A stretch of 64,000 nt of DNA from an uncultured Candidatus Saccharibacteria bacterium (lineage in GTDB: Bacteria > Patescibacteriota > Minisyncoccia > Minisyncoccales > UBA5738). The position numbers and the translations under genes are program-made. Every line of letters starts with the position of its first letter. Position 1 is the first letter of the stretch. Below are positions 42,094-51,213 of the stretch, one piece after another. Location of the stretch: NCBI GenBank assembly GCA_964603475.1, contig CAZRVG010000002.1, positions 9,923-73,922 on the forward strand. Direction: 5' to 3'. Under the pieces are notes generated by a model. It was given only the letters and a program-made list of their open reading frames with translations, made no database searches and had not been told where the DNA came from.

Positions 42094-42693
42094 ATGAAAA
42101 AAGTGGCGCAAAAAGGTGATTTTTTGGATATTTTATTGAGATCAAAGAAAACCGTTTTTTCCGTAAAAGACGTCGTTTTGCTTTGGGGCGATTCCAATAT
42201 CAGCGCGGTCCAGGTGAGATTGCATTACTATGTTAGGAACAAAAAGCTTATTCATCTGCGGCGCGGAATTTATGCCAAGGATCCAAATTATAACAAATAC
42301 GAACTGGCAAACCATATTTTGCGGCCTTCATACGTGAGTTTTGAAACCGTGTTGGCGGCGGCGGGAATAAATTTTCAATATTCTTCCCATATTTTTTCCG
42401 CGTCCCACGCAAAAAGAGAAATAGTTTGCGATGGAACGACCTATGTGTTTGCAACGATAAAAAAGGGAATTTTGACCAATCCCGCGGGCATCGATCAAAG
42501 CGGGGAATATTCCATTGCGGTTCCGGAGCGCGCGTTTTTGGACACGATATACCGGAGCAAAGATTATCATTTTGACAATTTGGAGCCGTTAAATTGGGAA
42601 AAAGTTTTTGACATTTTATCAATCTACGAAAATAAAAAAATGAGCCGGAAGGTGGGACAATACCACAAATGGTTTCAATCCGGCCGCCTGTAA
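42094..42693 (+). CDS. abiEi: type IV toxin-antitoxin/abortive-infection AbiEi-family antitoxin
   Basis: N-terminal wHTH-like region, LIHLRRGIYAK and SYVSFETVLAAAGI, typical of AbiEi. Lies directly upstream of the AbiEii gene. Confidence 0.7.
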   Translation: MKKVAQKGDFLDILLRSKKTVFSVKDVVLLWGDSNISAVQVRLHYYVRNKKLIHLRRGIYAKDPNYNKYELANHILRPSYVSFETVLAAAGINFQYSSHIFSASHAKREIVCDGTTYVFATIKKGILTNPAGIDQSGEYSIAVPERAFLDTIYRSKDYHFDNLEPLNWEKVFDILSIYENKKMSRKVGQYHKWFQSGRL

Positions 42694-42695
42694 AT

Positions 42696-43397
42696 ATGTT
42701 AAACATTGCCGTTCATAAAGAAATTTTGTTACGAATTCTGCGCGATATCTATTCCGATGAATCAATAGGTCCGCTTTTGGGTTTTAAAGGAGGCACGGCC
42801 GCTTATCTGTTCTATGGTCTTGATCGTTTTTCCGTGGATTTGGATTTTGATCTTTTGGGCGCGGCCAAAGAGGAATATGTTTTTAACCGAGTGAAAAAGA
42901 TTATTAGCGAGTACGGAACGATCAAAGATGCGCGCATCAAAAGATTCAATTTGTTTTTCTTGCTTTCTTATAGCGACAAAAAAGAGGGGGCGCAGAATAT
43001 TAAAATTGAAATAAACCGGCGCGGATTCGATTCCTGCTATAAAATAAAATCGTTTATGGGCATTCCCATGAATGTGGCGGTGCAAGAGGATATGTTCGCT
43101 TGCAAATTAATGGCGATGTATGAGCGGTTGGGAAGAACAAACCGCGATATTTACGATGTTTGGTTTTTTGGAAAAAATATGTGGCCGATAAATCGGAAAA
43201 TCGTGGAAAAAAAATCAAAGATGGCTTATGGCGAATTTTTGGATAAAATCCTCAAAAAACTGGAAAAATTCAACAATAAAAGAATTTTGGACGGATTGGG
43301 CGAATTGCTGAATGAAAAACAAAAAGATTGGGTGCGAAAAAATCTGCTAAAAGACGTTATTTTTAATATTAAGTTAATGGCACAACAAAAACTCTAA
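42696..43397 (+). CDS. abiEii: nucleotidyltransferase AbiEii/AbiGii toxin family protein (DUF1814)
   Basis: GFKGGTAAYLFYGLDRFSVDLDFD NTase motif. ATG is 3 nt after the abiEi stop. Confidence 0.8.
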   Translation: MLNIAVHKEILLRILRDIYSDESIGPLLGFKGGTAAYLFYGLDRFSVDLDFDLLGAAKEEYVFNRVKKIISEYGTIKDARIKRFNLFFLLSYSDKKEGAQNIKIEINRRGFDSCYKIKSFMGIPMNVAVQEDMFACKLMAMYERLGRTNRDIYDVWFFGKNMWPINRKIVEKKSKMAYGEFLDKILKKLEKFNNKRILDGLGELLNEKQKDWVRKNLLKDVIFNIKLMAQQKL

Positions 43398-43513
43398 AAA
43401 TTATAAAAATGAGAGCGTTGAATAATTGACAAAATTATCAAATTTGAAAAAATTTAAGCTCAAATAATTATTAAATTGGCAAAATTCAGCAATTATTCAA
43501 CACTCTAAAAATT

Positions 43514-44296
43514 ATGAAAATATGCGGATTGCAAAAAACAACGTTGATTGATTATCCGGGGAAGGTGGCGTGCACGGTGTTTACCGCGGGGTGTAATTTT
43601 CGGTGTCCATGGTGCTATTCCAAGGAATTGGTTTTGCCCGAATTGATCGCTCAACAGCCCGAAATCCCCGAAAGCGAGATTTTGGAATTTTTAAAAGAAA
43701 AGCAAGGTCTTTTGGAGGGCGTGGTTTTGTGCGGGGGAGAGCCCACGCTGCATCCTGATTTGCCCCAATTTTGCAAAAAGATAAAAGATTTGGGGTTTGA
43801 GGTGAAATTGGATTCCAACGGCTCCAATCCAAAAATGCTAAAAGAATTGATTGACCAAAAATTGATTGACTATGTGGCAATGGACATCAAACTTCCCAAA
43901 GAAAGATACGCCACTCTCTTTTGCGCGGGTCAGACCCACGCAAATTCAGCGCGGGTCAGACCCGCGCAATCTGCACAATCTGCGCGGGTTCGGGGGATAA
44001 GTGTTGATGATATAGAGGAAAGCATTAAAATTTTGAAAAATTCCGACATCGGCTTTGAATTTCGCACCACCTGCGCGCCGACGGTTCACACGCCCGAAGA
44101 TTTTGAAATTATGGCCAAATGGATCGGGCAAGACATTCCCGGCCGATCGCCAAAATACTTTTTGCAGAATTTCAAACCCGGACGAAACATCGACCCCAAG
44201 TTTGAAGACCTAAAACCCTTTGACAACGAATTTTTCACCGCCGCCCTTGCCAAAATCAAACCCTACGTTCCCGACTGCCACTTGCGCGACCTGTGA
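43514..44296 (+). CDS. nrdG: anaerobic ribonucleoside-triphosphate reductase activating protein (radical SAM)
   Basis: TLIDYPGKVACTVFTAGCNFRCPWCYS (CxxxCxxC) and GVVLCGGEPT. Confidence 0.9.
   Translation: MKICGLQKTTLIDYPGKVACTVFTAGCNFRCPWCYSKELVLPELIAQQPEIPESEILEFLKEKQGLLEGVVLCGGEPTLHPDLPQFCKKIKDLGFEVKLDSNGSNPKMLKELIDQKLIDYVAMDIKLPKERYATLFCAGQTHANSARVRPAQSAQSARVRGISVDDIEESIKILKNSDIGFEFRTTCAPTVHTPEDFEIMAKWIGQDIPGRSPKYFLQNFKPGRNIDPKFEDLKPFDNEFFTAALAKIKPYVPDCHLRDL
43923..43995 (+). repeat. intragenic in-frame repeat block in nrdG (GCGCGGGTCAGACCC family, about three degenerate copies)
   Basis: gcgcgggtcagacccacgca ... gcgcgggtcagacccgcgca ... tgcgcgggttcgggg. Confidence 0.85.
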
Positions 44297-44447
44297 TAAT
44301 AACCGATAACTAACGAACATTCCAACATACTTGAGAATGTGAGAATGTTCACAGGGTTTTATGATTTTGCGTTTTATGCTTATATGCTTAAATGATTATA
44401 TGATTAGCGAAGCGTATGCTTAAATGTTTCTATGATTAAATGATTTT

Positions 44448-45191
44448 ATGATTCCGCAATATGATTTGGAGAAAATTAAGTTCGGAGTGGGCGAAAAGAC
44501 TTGGGAGCGGGCGGTGGGGCTTTATGAAGCCGGGAAGATAAGCGAGGTGGAGGAAGGTTATTTTGGCTTTACCGCGCGGGTTTTGGGTACCCAGCCCTAT
44601 GATGTGGCAGTTTCCCAAACACATTATGATCGCGGCGATTGCAATTGTTTTGTGGGGCAACGCGATATGCTTTGCAAGCATATGGTGGCGTTGGCGATAT
44701 GGGCGGTTTTGCGCGGCGCGCCGTTGTCCGAAGACGATAAAAAACAAAAAAACGAGGTGGAATTTTGCGGCAAAACCGGCGAGTTGAGCGGCGAAGAATT
44801 GGCGCGGGCTAAAGAAAAAATCCGCGAGGCGCAAAAATATATCAAAGCCTGGCGCGGACCGTCAAAAAAATGGTTTGCCTATCAAAACTCTTTGTCCGAA
44901 GGTTGTAATCGCTTGTCCGCCGTTATCAGCGAATTGCCGGCTAGTCCGCAAACCGCTAAACTGATGATTGATTTGCTTTTGCGGCTGGATAAAAAACTAT
45001 GCACCGGCGGGGTGGATGATTCCGACGGCACCGTGGGCGGCTTTATTGAAAGTTGCGTGGCTTTATTGTTGGAATTTGTCCAAGCCGATAAAAACTGCGC
45101 CAAGGCGTTCAAAAAACTGGCAAAAGTTGAAACCAGTTTTGGCTGGGAAGAACCCCTAATGCGCCATTACGACGACGAATACTGCAAATGA
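44448..45191 (+). CDS. SWIM zinc-finger domain protein
   Basis: CNCFVGQRDMLCKHMVALAIW is a CxC...CxH SWIM signature. Confidence 0.7.
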   Translation: MIPQYDLEKIKFGVGEKTWERAVGLYEAGKISEVEEGYFGFTARVLGTQPYDVAVSQTHYDRGDCNCFVGQRDMLCKHMVALAIWAVLRGAPLSEDDKKQKNEVEFCGKTGELSGEELARAKEKIREAQKYIKAWRGPSKKWFAYQNSLSEGCNRLSAVISELPASPQTAKLMIDLLLRLDKKLCTGGVDDSDGTVGGFIESCVALLLEFVQADKNCAKAFKKLAKVETSFGWEEPLMRHYDDEYCK

Positions 45192-45205
45192 TAATTTGTG
45201 GCAAT

Positions 45206-45235
45206 AATCCCCGGCGATACCCCCGGGGATTTTTG
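45206..45235 (+). terminator. rho-independent terminator
   Basis: aatccccgg ... ccggggatt followed by T-run. Confidence 0.6.
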
Positions 45236-45525
45236 GGTTTAATTTGAGTTTATTGTAATTATTCACTGGGGTAGCGCATTATTCTCCCTTTTTTAAAGGG
45301 AAGCTTGTCCTGAGGTATTTTGCTGAATGGATGCCCGTAGGGCGAGGGATTTGGATTTAAAAATCCTCCGGCGCGATTACGCGCCACCTCCTTTATGAAA
45401 GGAGGAATAAATGTGAAATGCAATCCCCATTGAATGGTTATGTAAAAGCAAGTTGACTTTGGGGGTGTTTGTGTTAGTTTTTGTTGTGCGCTAATATAAA
45501 ATCAATAGTGGCGATAAATAAAAAT

Positions 45526-45870
45526 ATGAACAAAATAACGCGCGGACAAATAAAATTTCTTATTTTTAAAAAGAAAGGCGATAAACTTTTCACTGGCGTG
45601 TGTTTGGATTTTGGAATGGTGATTCAAGGGAAGACGATAGATGAAGTTAAGAATGAGTTAAGCGCGGTTTCGCTGGGTTATCTCAAAACCGTAAAAAAAG
45701 AGAAATTAAGCGAAGATTTGCTTAATAATCAAGCGGAAAAAAAATATTTTGATTTGTACAAGGCGTTTTTAAAATCGGCGAAAGAGGAAAAACCGCTAAA
45801 ATCTGCGATAAAAAGCATTGATGAATGTTGTGTGAGTCTCAATAATCTCAAAAATTATTGTTATGCCTAA
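45526..45870 (+). CDS. hicB: HicB-like antitoxin (putative)
   Basis: FTGVCLDFGMVIQGKTIDEVKNELSAVSLGYL resembles the HicB N-terminal fold. Overlaps hicA by 8 nt. Confidence 0.55.
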   Translation: MNKITRGQIKFLIFKKKGDKLFTGVCLDFGMVIQGKTIDEVKNELSAVSLGYLKTVKKEKLSEDLLNNQAEKKYFDLYKAFLKSAKEEKPLKSAIKSIDECCVSLNNLKNYCYA

Positions 45871-46144
45871 TGGATTGCTCAATTGGAAGTTTAAAGATAT
45901 TGAGCGTTTTTTGAGGAAGCATTATTTTAAGCATGTGAATACCGAAGGGTCGCATTTTTATTATCGCGGATGCGTGGATGGTCAAGAAAGATTAACATTT
46001 GTTCCGTGGCACAGGGGGAAAAGCATCCCGCCGAAAACCCTTGAGTCAATTATTTACAAATCCGGAATTCCCAAAAACTTTTGGAAAAAATGGGGGAGTG
46101 GAGACAAGAACACTCATTATGAAGGAGCGCAGATATGGGAGTGA
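45863..46144 (+). CDS. hicA: type II toxin-antitoxin system HicA family toxin
   Basis: FKDIERFLRKHYFKHVNTEGSHFYY...FVPWHRGKSIPPKTLESIIYKSGIP. Confidence 0.7.
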   Translation: MPNGLLNWKFKDIERFLRKHYFKHVNTEGSHFYYRGCVDGQERLTFVPWHRGKSIPPKTLESIIYKSGIPKNFWKKWGSGDKNTHYEGAQIWE

Positions 46145-46173
46145 TCTTGCCGCGTTAAGAGAATTGCAAATAA

Positions 46174-47637
46174 ATGGTTTATCCGCAGATTTTTTTGTGG
46201 GGGTGGGTGGCGTTTGTGGCGGGAGTTGGGGCGGCGTCAATGGTGTTGGTTTCGCAATTTTTGCTTTTATGTTTGGCGGCGGGTGCCGTTTTTTTGTTTT
46301 TCGGGGGGCTGATGGCAAAAAACCATAAAATCGCGGTGGCGGGAATTTTGTTTGCCGGGTTCGCTTTGGGCTTCTGGCAGTTTGATGTTGCGTGGCAGAA
46401 AACTATTGATAACTATTTGGCGAAATTAAACGGCCAAACCGCGAAGATTGAAGGCGTTATTGACAACGATCCGATTCTAAAAGATTCAAGCCAGCAGATA
46501 ATTTTTCGGCCTGACGATATGCAAGGAAAAATTTTAATCATCACCGATCGCTATCCCGAATATCGCTATGGCGACCGGATAAAATTTATTGCCAGATTGG
46601 AAGAGCCGCGGCCGTTTGAAGGGTTTGACTATAAAAATTATTTGGCAAAAGACGGCATCTATTCAATGGCACGCTGGCCGGAGATTGAATTGTTGTCCGA
46701 GGGCAATGGCAATTTGATTTTTTCCGGACTGTTGTGGATTAAGCATCAATTAAAGCAAGGAGTGGCGCAAAGTTTGCCCAGTCCGCACGATTCGCTTTTG
46801 ATCGCGATTTTGCTGGGAGATCAAAGCGGATTGTCTGATGCCTTGAAGGAGAAATTGAATGTTTCCGGATTGCGGCACTTGTCGGCGGTTTCGGGGGCGC
46901 ATGTGGCGATAATGGCGCAAATTATCGCGCCATTCTTGATCTGGCTGGGGTGGTGGCGGCAAAAGGCGCTTTGGGCGACGATTATTTTTGTGTGGCTGTT
47001 TGTGTTAATGATCGGCTTGCCGGCGTCGGCGGTGCGCGCGGCGGTGATGGGGACTTTGGCGATTGCGGCGCAAATTATCGGCCGCCCGGGCGACACTTTG
47101 CGCGTTGTTTGCCTTGCCGCGGCGTTTATGGTTTGCCAAAATCCGCTGATTTTGCGTTTTGACGTGGGTTTTCAGTTATCGTTTTTGGCGGTTTTGGGGA
47201 TGATCTTTTTTGCGCGCCCGATTGAGAAAAAGTTGAAATTTATTCCGGCCAATCCGGATTTTATCCGGCAAGGGCTGGCGGTGGCGATTTCGGCGCAGAT
47301 ATTTACCCTGCCGATTTTGATTTATAATTTCGGCTATGTTTCAACCTACGGGCTATTTGCCAATGTTTTGGTTGAACCGACGGTTCCGTTTATCACCATC
47401 TATGGATTTGTTTTGGCGATTTGCGCCGCGGCAAGTTCAGCAATAGGGTGGCTGTTATTTTTTCCCATATGGCTGGCGCTTTCCTATTTGTTGGTAATGA
47501 CCAATTTATTCTCGGAATTGCCCGGCGCCAAAATGGAATTTGAAATCGGCATTTTCTGGCTGGCGCTTTCGTACCTTGTTTTGGGAGTTATCGCCCGGCG
47601 CGTCCAAGAAAACGAAAAACTAGATTTTTTGCGCTAA
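46174..47637 (+). CDS. comEC: ComEC/Rec2 family competence channel protein (no MBL domain)
   Basis: Polytopic membrane protein. LLGDQSGLSDALKEKLNVSGLRHLSAVSGAHVA signature. Confidence 0.85.
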   Translation: MVYPQIFLWGWVAFVAGVGAASMVLVSQFLLLCLAAGAVFLFFGGLMAKNHKIAVAGILFAGFALGFWQFDVAWQKTIDNYLAKLNGQTAKIEGVIDNDPILKDSSQQIIFRPDDMQGKILIITDRYPEYRYGDRIKFIARLEEPRPFEGFDYKNYLAKDGIYSMARWPEIELLSEGNGNLIFSGLLWIKHQLKQGVAQSLPSPHDSLLIAILLGDQSGLSDALKEKLNVSGLRHLSAVSGAHVAIMAQIIAPFLIWLGWWRQKALWATIIFVWLFVLMIGLPASAVRAAVMGTLAIAAQIIGRPGDTLRVVCLAAAFMVCQNPLILRFDVGFQLSFLAVLGMIFFARPIEKKLKFIPANPDFIRQGLAVAISAQIFTLPILIYNFGYVSTYGLFANVLVEPTVPFITIYGFVLAICAAASSAIGWLLFFPIWLALSYLLVMTNLFSELPGAKMEFEIGIFWLALSYLVLGVIARRVQENEKLDFLR

Positions 47638-47691
47638 ATTGGGCAAGGTTTCACCTTGACCAAATTGGTCAAGGTGAAACTTTGCCCAATT
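47637..47691. repeat. CAAGGT-TTC-ACCTTG family palindrome (55 bp, 1 mismatch)
   Basis: aattgggcaaggtttcaccttgaccaa|ttggtcaaggtgaaactttgcccaatt. Confidence 0.85.
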
Positions 47692-47728
47692 TTTTGTGAG
47701 AAGGAAATTTTTTTGGTATGATGGAATA

Positions 47729-49156
47729 ATGGAAAAAATTAAAAACAAAAAAAACAACAAGGACGAGATAGCGGGAAAAAAAATAAAACGAAAGAGCGCC
47801 GCAAAAAAAGGCGCTACGAGAAAGATTGAGCGAACGAAAATCAAATCCTTGCCAAAAATTGATAAGGCGTGGGTGGTGGCGGTGAATATGGGCTACGGGC
47901 ATCAGCGCACCGCGCATCCGTTGCGGTCTTTTGCGTATAAGAGAGAAATCATCAATGCCAATGATTATGACGGTATTCCCGAACAGGACAAAAAAATTTG
48001 GAAAGACAGCCGCAGATTCTATGAAGCGATTTCCCGCTTCAAGCGCATTCCGTTAATCGGCAAGTCAATGTTTTCTCTATATGACAATTTTTTCCAGAAA
48101 ATAGTTGAGTTTTATCCTAAAAAAGATTTATCCCGGGCGCCGCTCTTAACTCGGCAAACTTACGCGTTGATAAAAAGCGGTTGGGGCAGGCATTTCGTGG
48201 AAAAATTGAAAACCAAGAATTTGCCGCTGATAACCACTTTTTTTATTCCGGCATTTATGGCCGAAGAATTCGATTATCCGGGAAAAATTTATCTAGTTGT
48301 TTGCGATGCCGATGTTTCGCGACAATGGGCGCCCGAATATCCAATATCTACGCGCATCAATTATTGCGCCCCCAATAAGCGCGTGGCGGAAAGATTGAAG
48401 CTCTACGGCGTGCCCAAAAAACAGATATTTTTAACCGGCTACCCTTTGCCGGAAAGCAATATCGCAACAACTCGAAACGGCGGCATTAAGGAGATGAACG
48501 CGGTCAAAGCGGATTTGGGGCGGCGTTTGACGAACTTGGATCCGGTTGGCGCCTATTCGGAAAAGTATTGCAGTTTTGTTAAAAGCGCATTGTGCGCTTT
48601 GCCCAAGAAATCCCGTCGTGTGCTGACTTTGATGTTTTCCGTCGGCGGCGCGGGCGCGCAAAAAGAGATCGGTATGGAGATTATGCGCCAAATGTCGCCA
48701 CGCGTAAAAAACGGTAGAATAAAAGTTATTATTTCGGTGGGTACCAATCGGACGATGAAGGATTTTTACCAAAGAGAAGCGCAGTTTTTGGGTCTTGGAC
48801 GAAATCAAAATCTGGAAATTTTATTTGAAAAAGATATTAAAAATTATTTTAATTCTTTTAATAAAGCCTTGCGCCAAACCGATATTCTATGGACCAAGCC
48901 CAGCGAGCTTTCTTTTTATTCAGCATTGGGGTTGCCGATTATTGTGGCTCCGCCCATCGGATCGCAGGAAGATTTCAACAAAAGCTGGCTTTTGCGTTCC
49001 GGTTTTGGCATTGAACAGGGGAATTTGTGCTGTATCAACGAATGGCTTGATGATTGGCTGGATAACGGCTATTTAGCCGAAGCGGCGATGGAAGGATTTA
49101 TCGAGGGCGAAAAATTGGGCACAACCAACATCAAAAACCTCGTCTTTAATAAATGA
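47729..49156 (+). CDS. putative GT-B glycosyltransferase (MGDG synthase/UgtP-like)
   Basis: N-terminal VNMGYGHQRTA and C-terminal LWTKPSELSFYSALGLPIIVAPPIGSQEDFN resemble GT28-type enzymes. Assignment is tentative. Confidence 0.45.
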   Translation: MEKIKNKKNNKDEIAGKKIKRKSAAKKGATRKIERTKIKSLPKIDKAWVVAVNMGYGHQRTAHPLRSFAYKREIINANDYDGIPEQDKKIWKDSRRFYEAISRFKRIPLIGKSMFSLYDNFFQKIVEFYPKKDLSRAPLLTRQTYALIKSGWGRHFVEKLKTKNLPLITTFFIPAFMAEEFDYPGKIYLVVCDADVSRQWAPEYPISTRINYCAPNKRVAERLKLYGVPKKQIFLTGYPLPESNIATTRNGGIKEMNAVKADLGRRLTNLDPVGAYSEKYCSFVKSALCALPKKSRRVLTLMFSVGGAGAQKEIGMEIMRQMSPRVKNGRIKVIISVGTNRTMKDFYQREAQFLGLGRNQNLEILFEKDIKNYFNSFNKALRQTDILWTKPSELSFYSALGLPIIVAPPIGSQEDFNKSWLLRSGFGIEQGNLCCINEWLDDWLDNGYLAEAAMEGFIEGEKLGTTNIKNLVFNK

Positions 49157-49272
49157 CCAAATTTCCAATTACCAATTTCCAATAAATGACCGAATGCCAA
49201 AATTTTAAAATTATGAAATTTTTGAATTTTGGAATTTATTCTGAAATTGGAAATTGGGAATTCTGAAATTTT
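49152..49272. repeat. 121-nt AT-rich element, copy 1 (copy 2 at 52642-52762)
   Basis: aatgaccaaatttccaattaccaatttccaataaatgac...ggaatttatt...attggaaattgg...gaaatttt is shared nearly base-for-base. Confidence 0.75.
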
Positions 49273-49276
49273 TATT

Positions 49277-50185
49277 ATGGTTTGGCTTTTTGTAGCGCTA
49301 GGCGCCTATTTTTTATTGGCGGGCGCCGCGCTGATTGATAAATTTTTATTGGCGGGAAAGCTGGATGATCCCAAAATATACGCCTTTTATGTGGGTATAT
49401 TGAGTTCGGCGGCGTTTTTGCTTTTGCCGTTTGGTTTTTGGGGCGATCCGCCGCCTTTGGTTTTTGTTTTCGGTATTGCCGCGGGGGCGAGCCAAATTTT
49501 TGGCTGCTATTTTTATTTTTCGGCGCTCAAAAAAATGGAGGCGGCGCGGGCGGTGCCGGCGGTGGGCAGCTTGGTGCCGATTGCCGCGTTTTTTTTGACC
49601 GCTTTGGCTTCCGGCGGGGAGGCGGTGCTCACCCAAAATGAGCTGGCCGGATTTTTTTTGCTGATTGCCGGCGGCTGGATGATTACGGCCAAGGGGTTTT
49701 TGCCGTCTAAAATCGGCTTGCGCTCCATTTTCTTGGCGGCATTTTTGTTTGCTTCAAACGTGGTTTTGGCAAAGTTGGTTTATTTGCAAATGCCGTTTTT
49801 GAAAGGGTTTTTGCTGATGGCTTTTGGATCCACCACCGCGGCGATGGGTTTTCTTTTTTTCAAATCGGTGCGCCGGGCGGTGTTTTCCCTCAAAGGGGGG
49901 CACAAACAAGGGCAGCCGAACCTTTTGTTTTTTTTCGGGCAGACAATGGGAGGAAGCGCGTTTTTACTGCAAAGCTTGGCGGTGTCTTTGGCGCCGCAGG
50001 CAAATGTGCCGGTGATTAACGCGCTGGCCGGCGCGCAATATGTCTTCATCTTCATTTTCTCGCTTTTCTTGGCAAAACACTTTCCTAAAGTTTTTATCCG
50101 AAAAAAATCGCCGACGGTGCTGGCGCAAAAAATCATCGCCATTCTGCTTATTATCATCGGTTTGGTGATTTTTGCGGCGGATTAA
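49277..50185 (+). CDS. DMT/EamA-like transporter
   Basis: About ten TM segments in a two-fold repeat arrangement. Confidence 0.65.
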   Translation: MVWLFVALGAYFLLAGAALIDKFLLAGKLDDPKIYAFYVGILSSAAFLLLPFGFWGDPPPLVFVFGIAAGASQIFGCYFYFSALKKMEAARAVPAVGSLVPIAAFFLTALASGGEAVLTQNELAGFFLLIAGGWMITAKGFLPSKIGLRSIFLAAFLFASNVVLAKLVYLQMPFLKGFLLMAFGSTTAAMGFLFFKSVRRAVFSLKGGHKQGQPNLLFFFGQTMGGSAFLLQSLAVSLAPQANVPVINALAGAQYVFIFIFSLFLAKHFPKVFIRKKSPTVLAQKIIAILLIIIGLVIFAAD

Positions 50186-50226
50186 GGTTATTTTTAGGTT
50201 GGGGAATTTGGGGTATAATAGAAAAT

Positions 50227-51213
50227 ATGCGAAAGAAAATGGCAATTTGGGGGGTAGTAATAATATTCATGTTGGTGATGGGATTTTTTTATTGGTATAA
50301 AGCGCCGGAGGCGGAGGATATTGTTTGGGGGGTTTCGTTTTCGCAAAAGCACAGCCAAAATATGGAGCTGGATTGGCGCCAAGCTTATTTGGCGTTGCTG
50401 GATGACTTGGGGGCAAAAAACATCAAGCTGGCGGCGCACTGGGATTTAATTGAGCCGCAAGAGGGGGTTTATGATTTTTCCGATCTGGACTGGCAAATGA
50501 ATGAGGCGGCAAAAAGGGGAGCGAAAGTGATGCTGACAATCGGGATGAAAACGCCGCGCTGGCCAGAATGCCACTTGCCCGAGTGGGCAAAAGGCGTCGG
50601 CAGAGAAAAACAGCAAGAAGTCATTTTGCAAATGTTGGAGCAAATTGTTTCGCGCTATCGCGATCATCCGGCGCTGGCGCTGTGGCAGGTGGAAAACGAG
50701 CCGCTGTTTCCGTTTGGCGAATGTCCGTGGATTGACAAGGAATTTTTAAAAAAGGAGGCGGCGCGGGTAAAATCTCTTGACAGAGGCAGCAAACGGGTTG
50801 TAATATCTGATAGCGGGGAGGGTTCTTGGTGGTTTGAAGCCGCGCGTATTGGCGATGTTGTTGGGATTACTATGTATAGAAAGGCCTATTTTGATGAACT
50901 CAATATCTATGTTAATTATCCGATTCCGCCGGCATTTTACGCGGTAAAGGTCAAAATTGTTGATTTGGCTTTTAAAAAGCGCGTTATCTGCGGGGAATTG
51001 CAAGCCGAGCCGTGGGTGCCCGGCCAAATTTATGACGGCGCCGGCGGCGACGGAAAAACAATGAGCCTCGCGCAGTTTCGCAAGAATATCGCCTTTGCCA
51101 AAAACACCGGGCTGGGAACATTTTATTTGTGGGGATCGGAATGGTGGTATTGGATGAAAACAGAACATAACCGCCCCGAATTTTGGCAGGAAGCTAAAAC
51201 CCTCTTTCAATAA
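50227..51213 (+). CDS. membrane-anchored glycoside hydrolase, clan GH-A TIM barrel (GH5/GH42-like)
   Basis: WDLIEPQEGVYDFSDLD and catalytic-type WQVENEP motifs, with an N-terminal TM. Confidence 0.55.
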   Translation: MRKKMAIWGVVIIFMLVMGFFYWYKAPEAEDIVWGVSFSQKHSQNMELDWRQAYLALLDDLGAKNIKLAAHWDLIEPQEGVYDFSDLDWQMNEAAKRGAKVMLTIGMKTPRWPECHLPEWAKGVGREKQQEVILQMLEQIVSRYRDHPALALWQVENEPLFPFGECPWIDKEFLKKEAARVKSLDRGSKRVVISDSGEGSWWFEAARIGDVVGITMYRKAYFDELNIYVNYPIPPAFYAVKVKIVDLAFKKRVICGELQAEPWVPGQIYDGAGGDGKTMSLAQFRKNIAFAKNTGLGTFYLWGSEWWYWMKTEHNRPEFWQEAKTLFQ

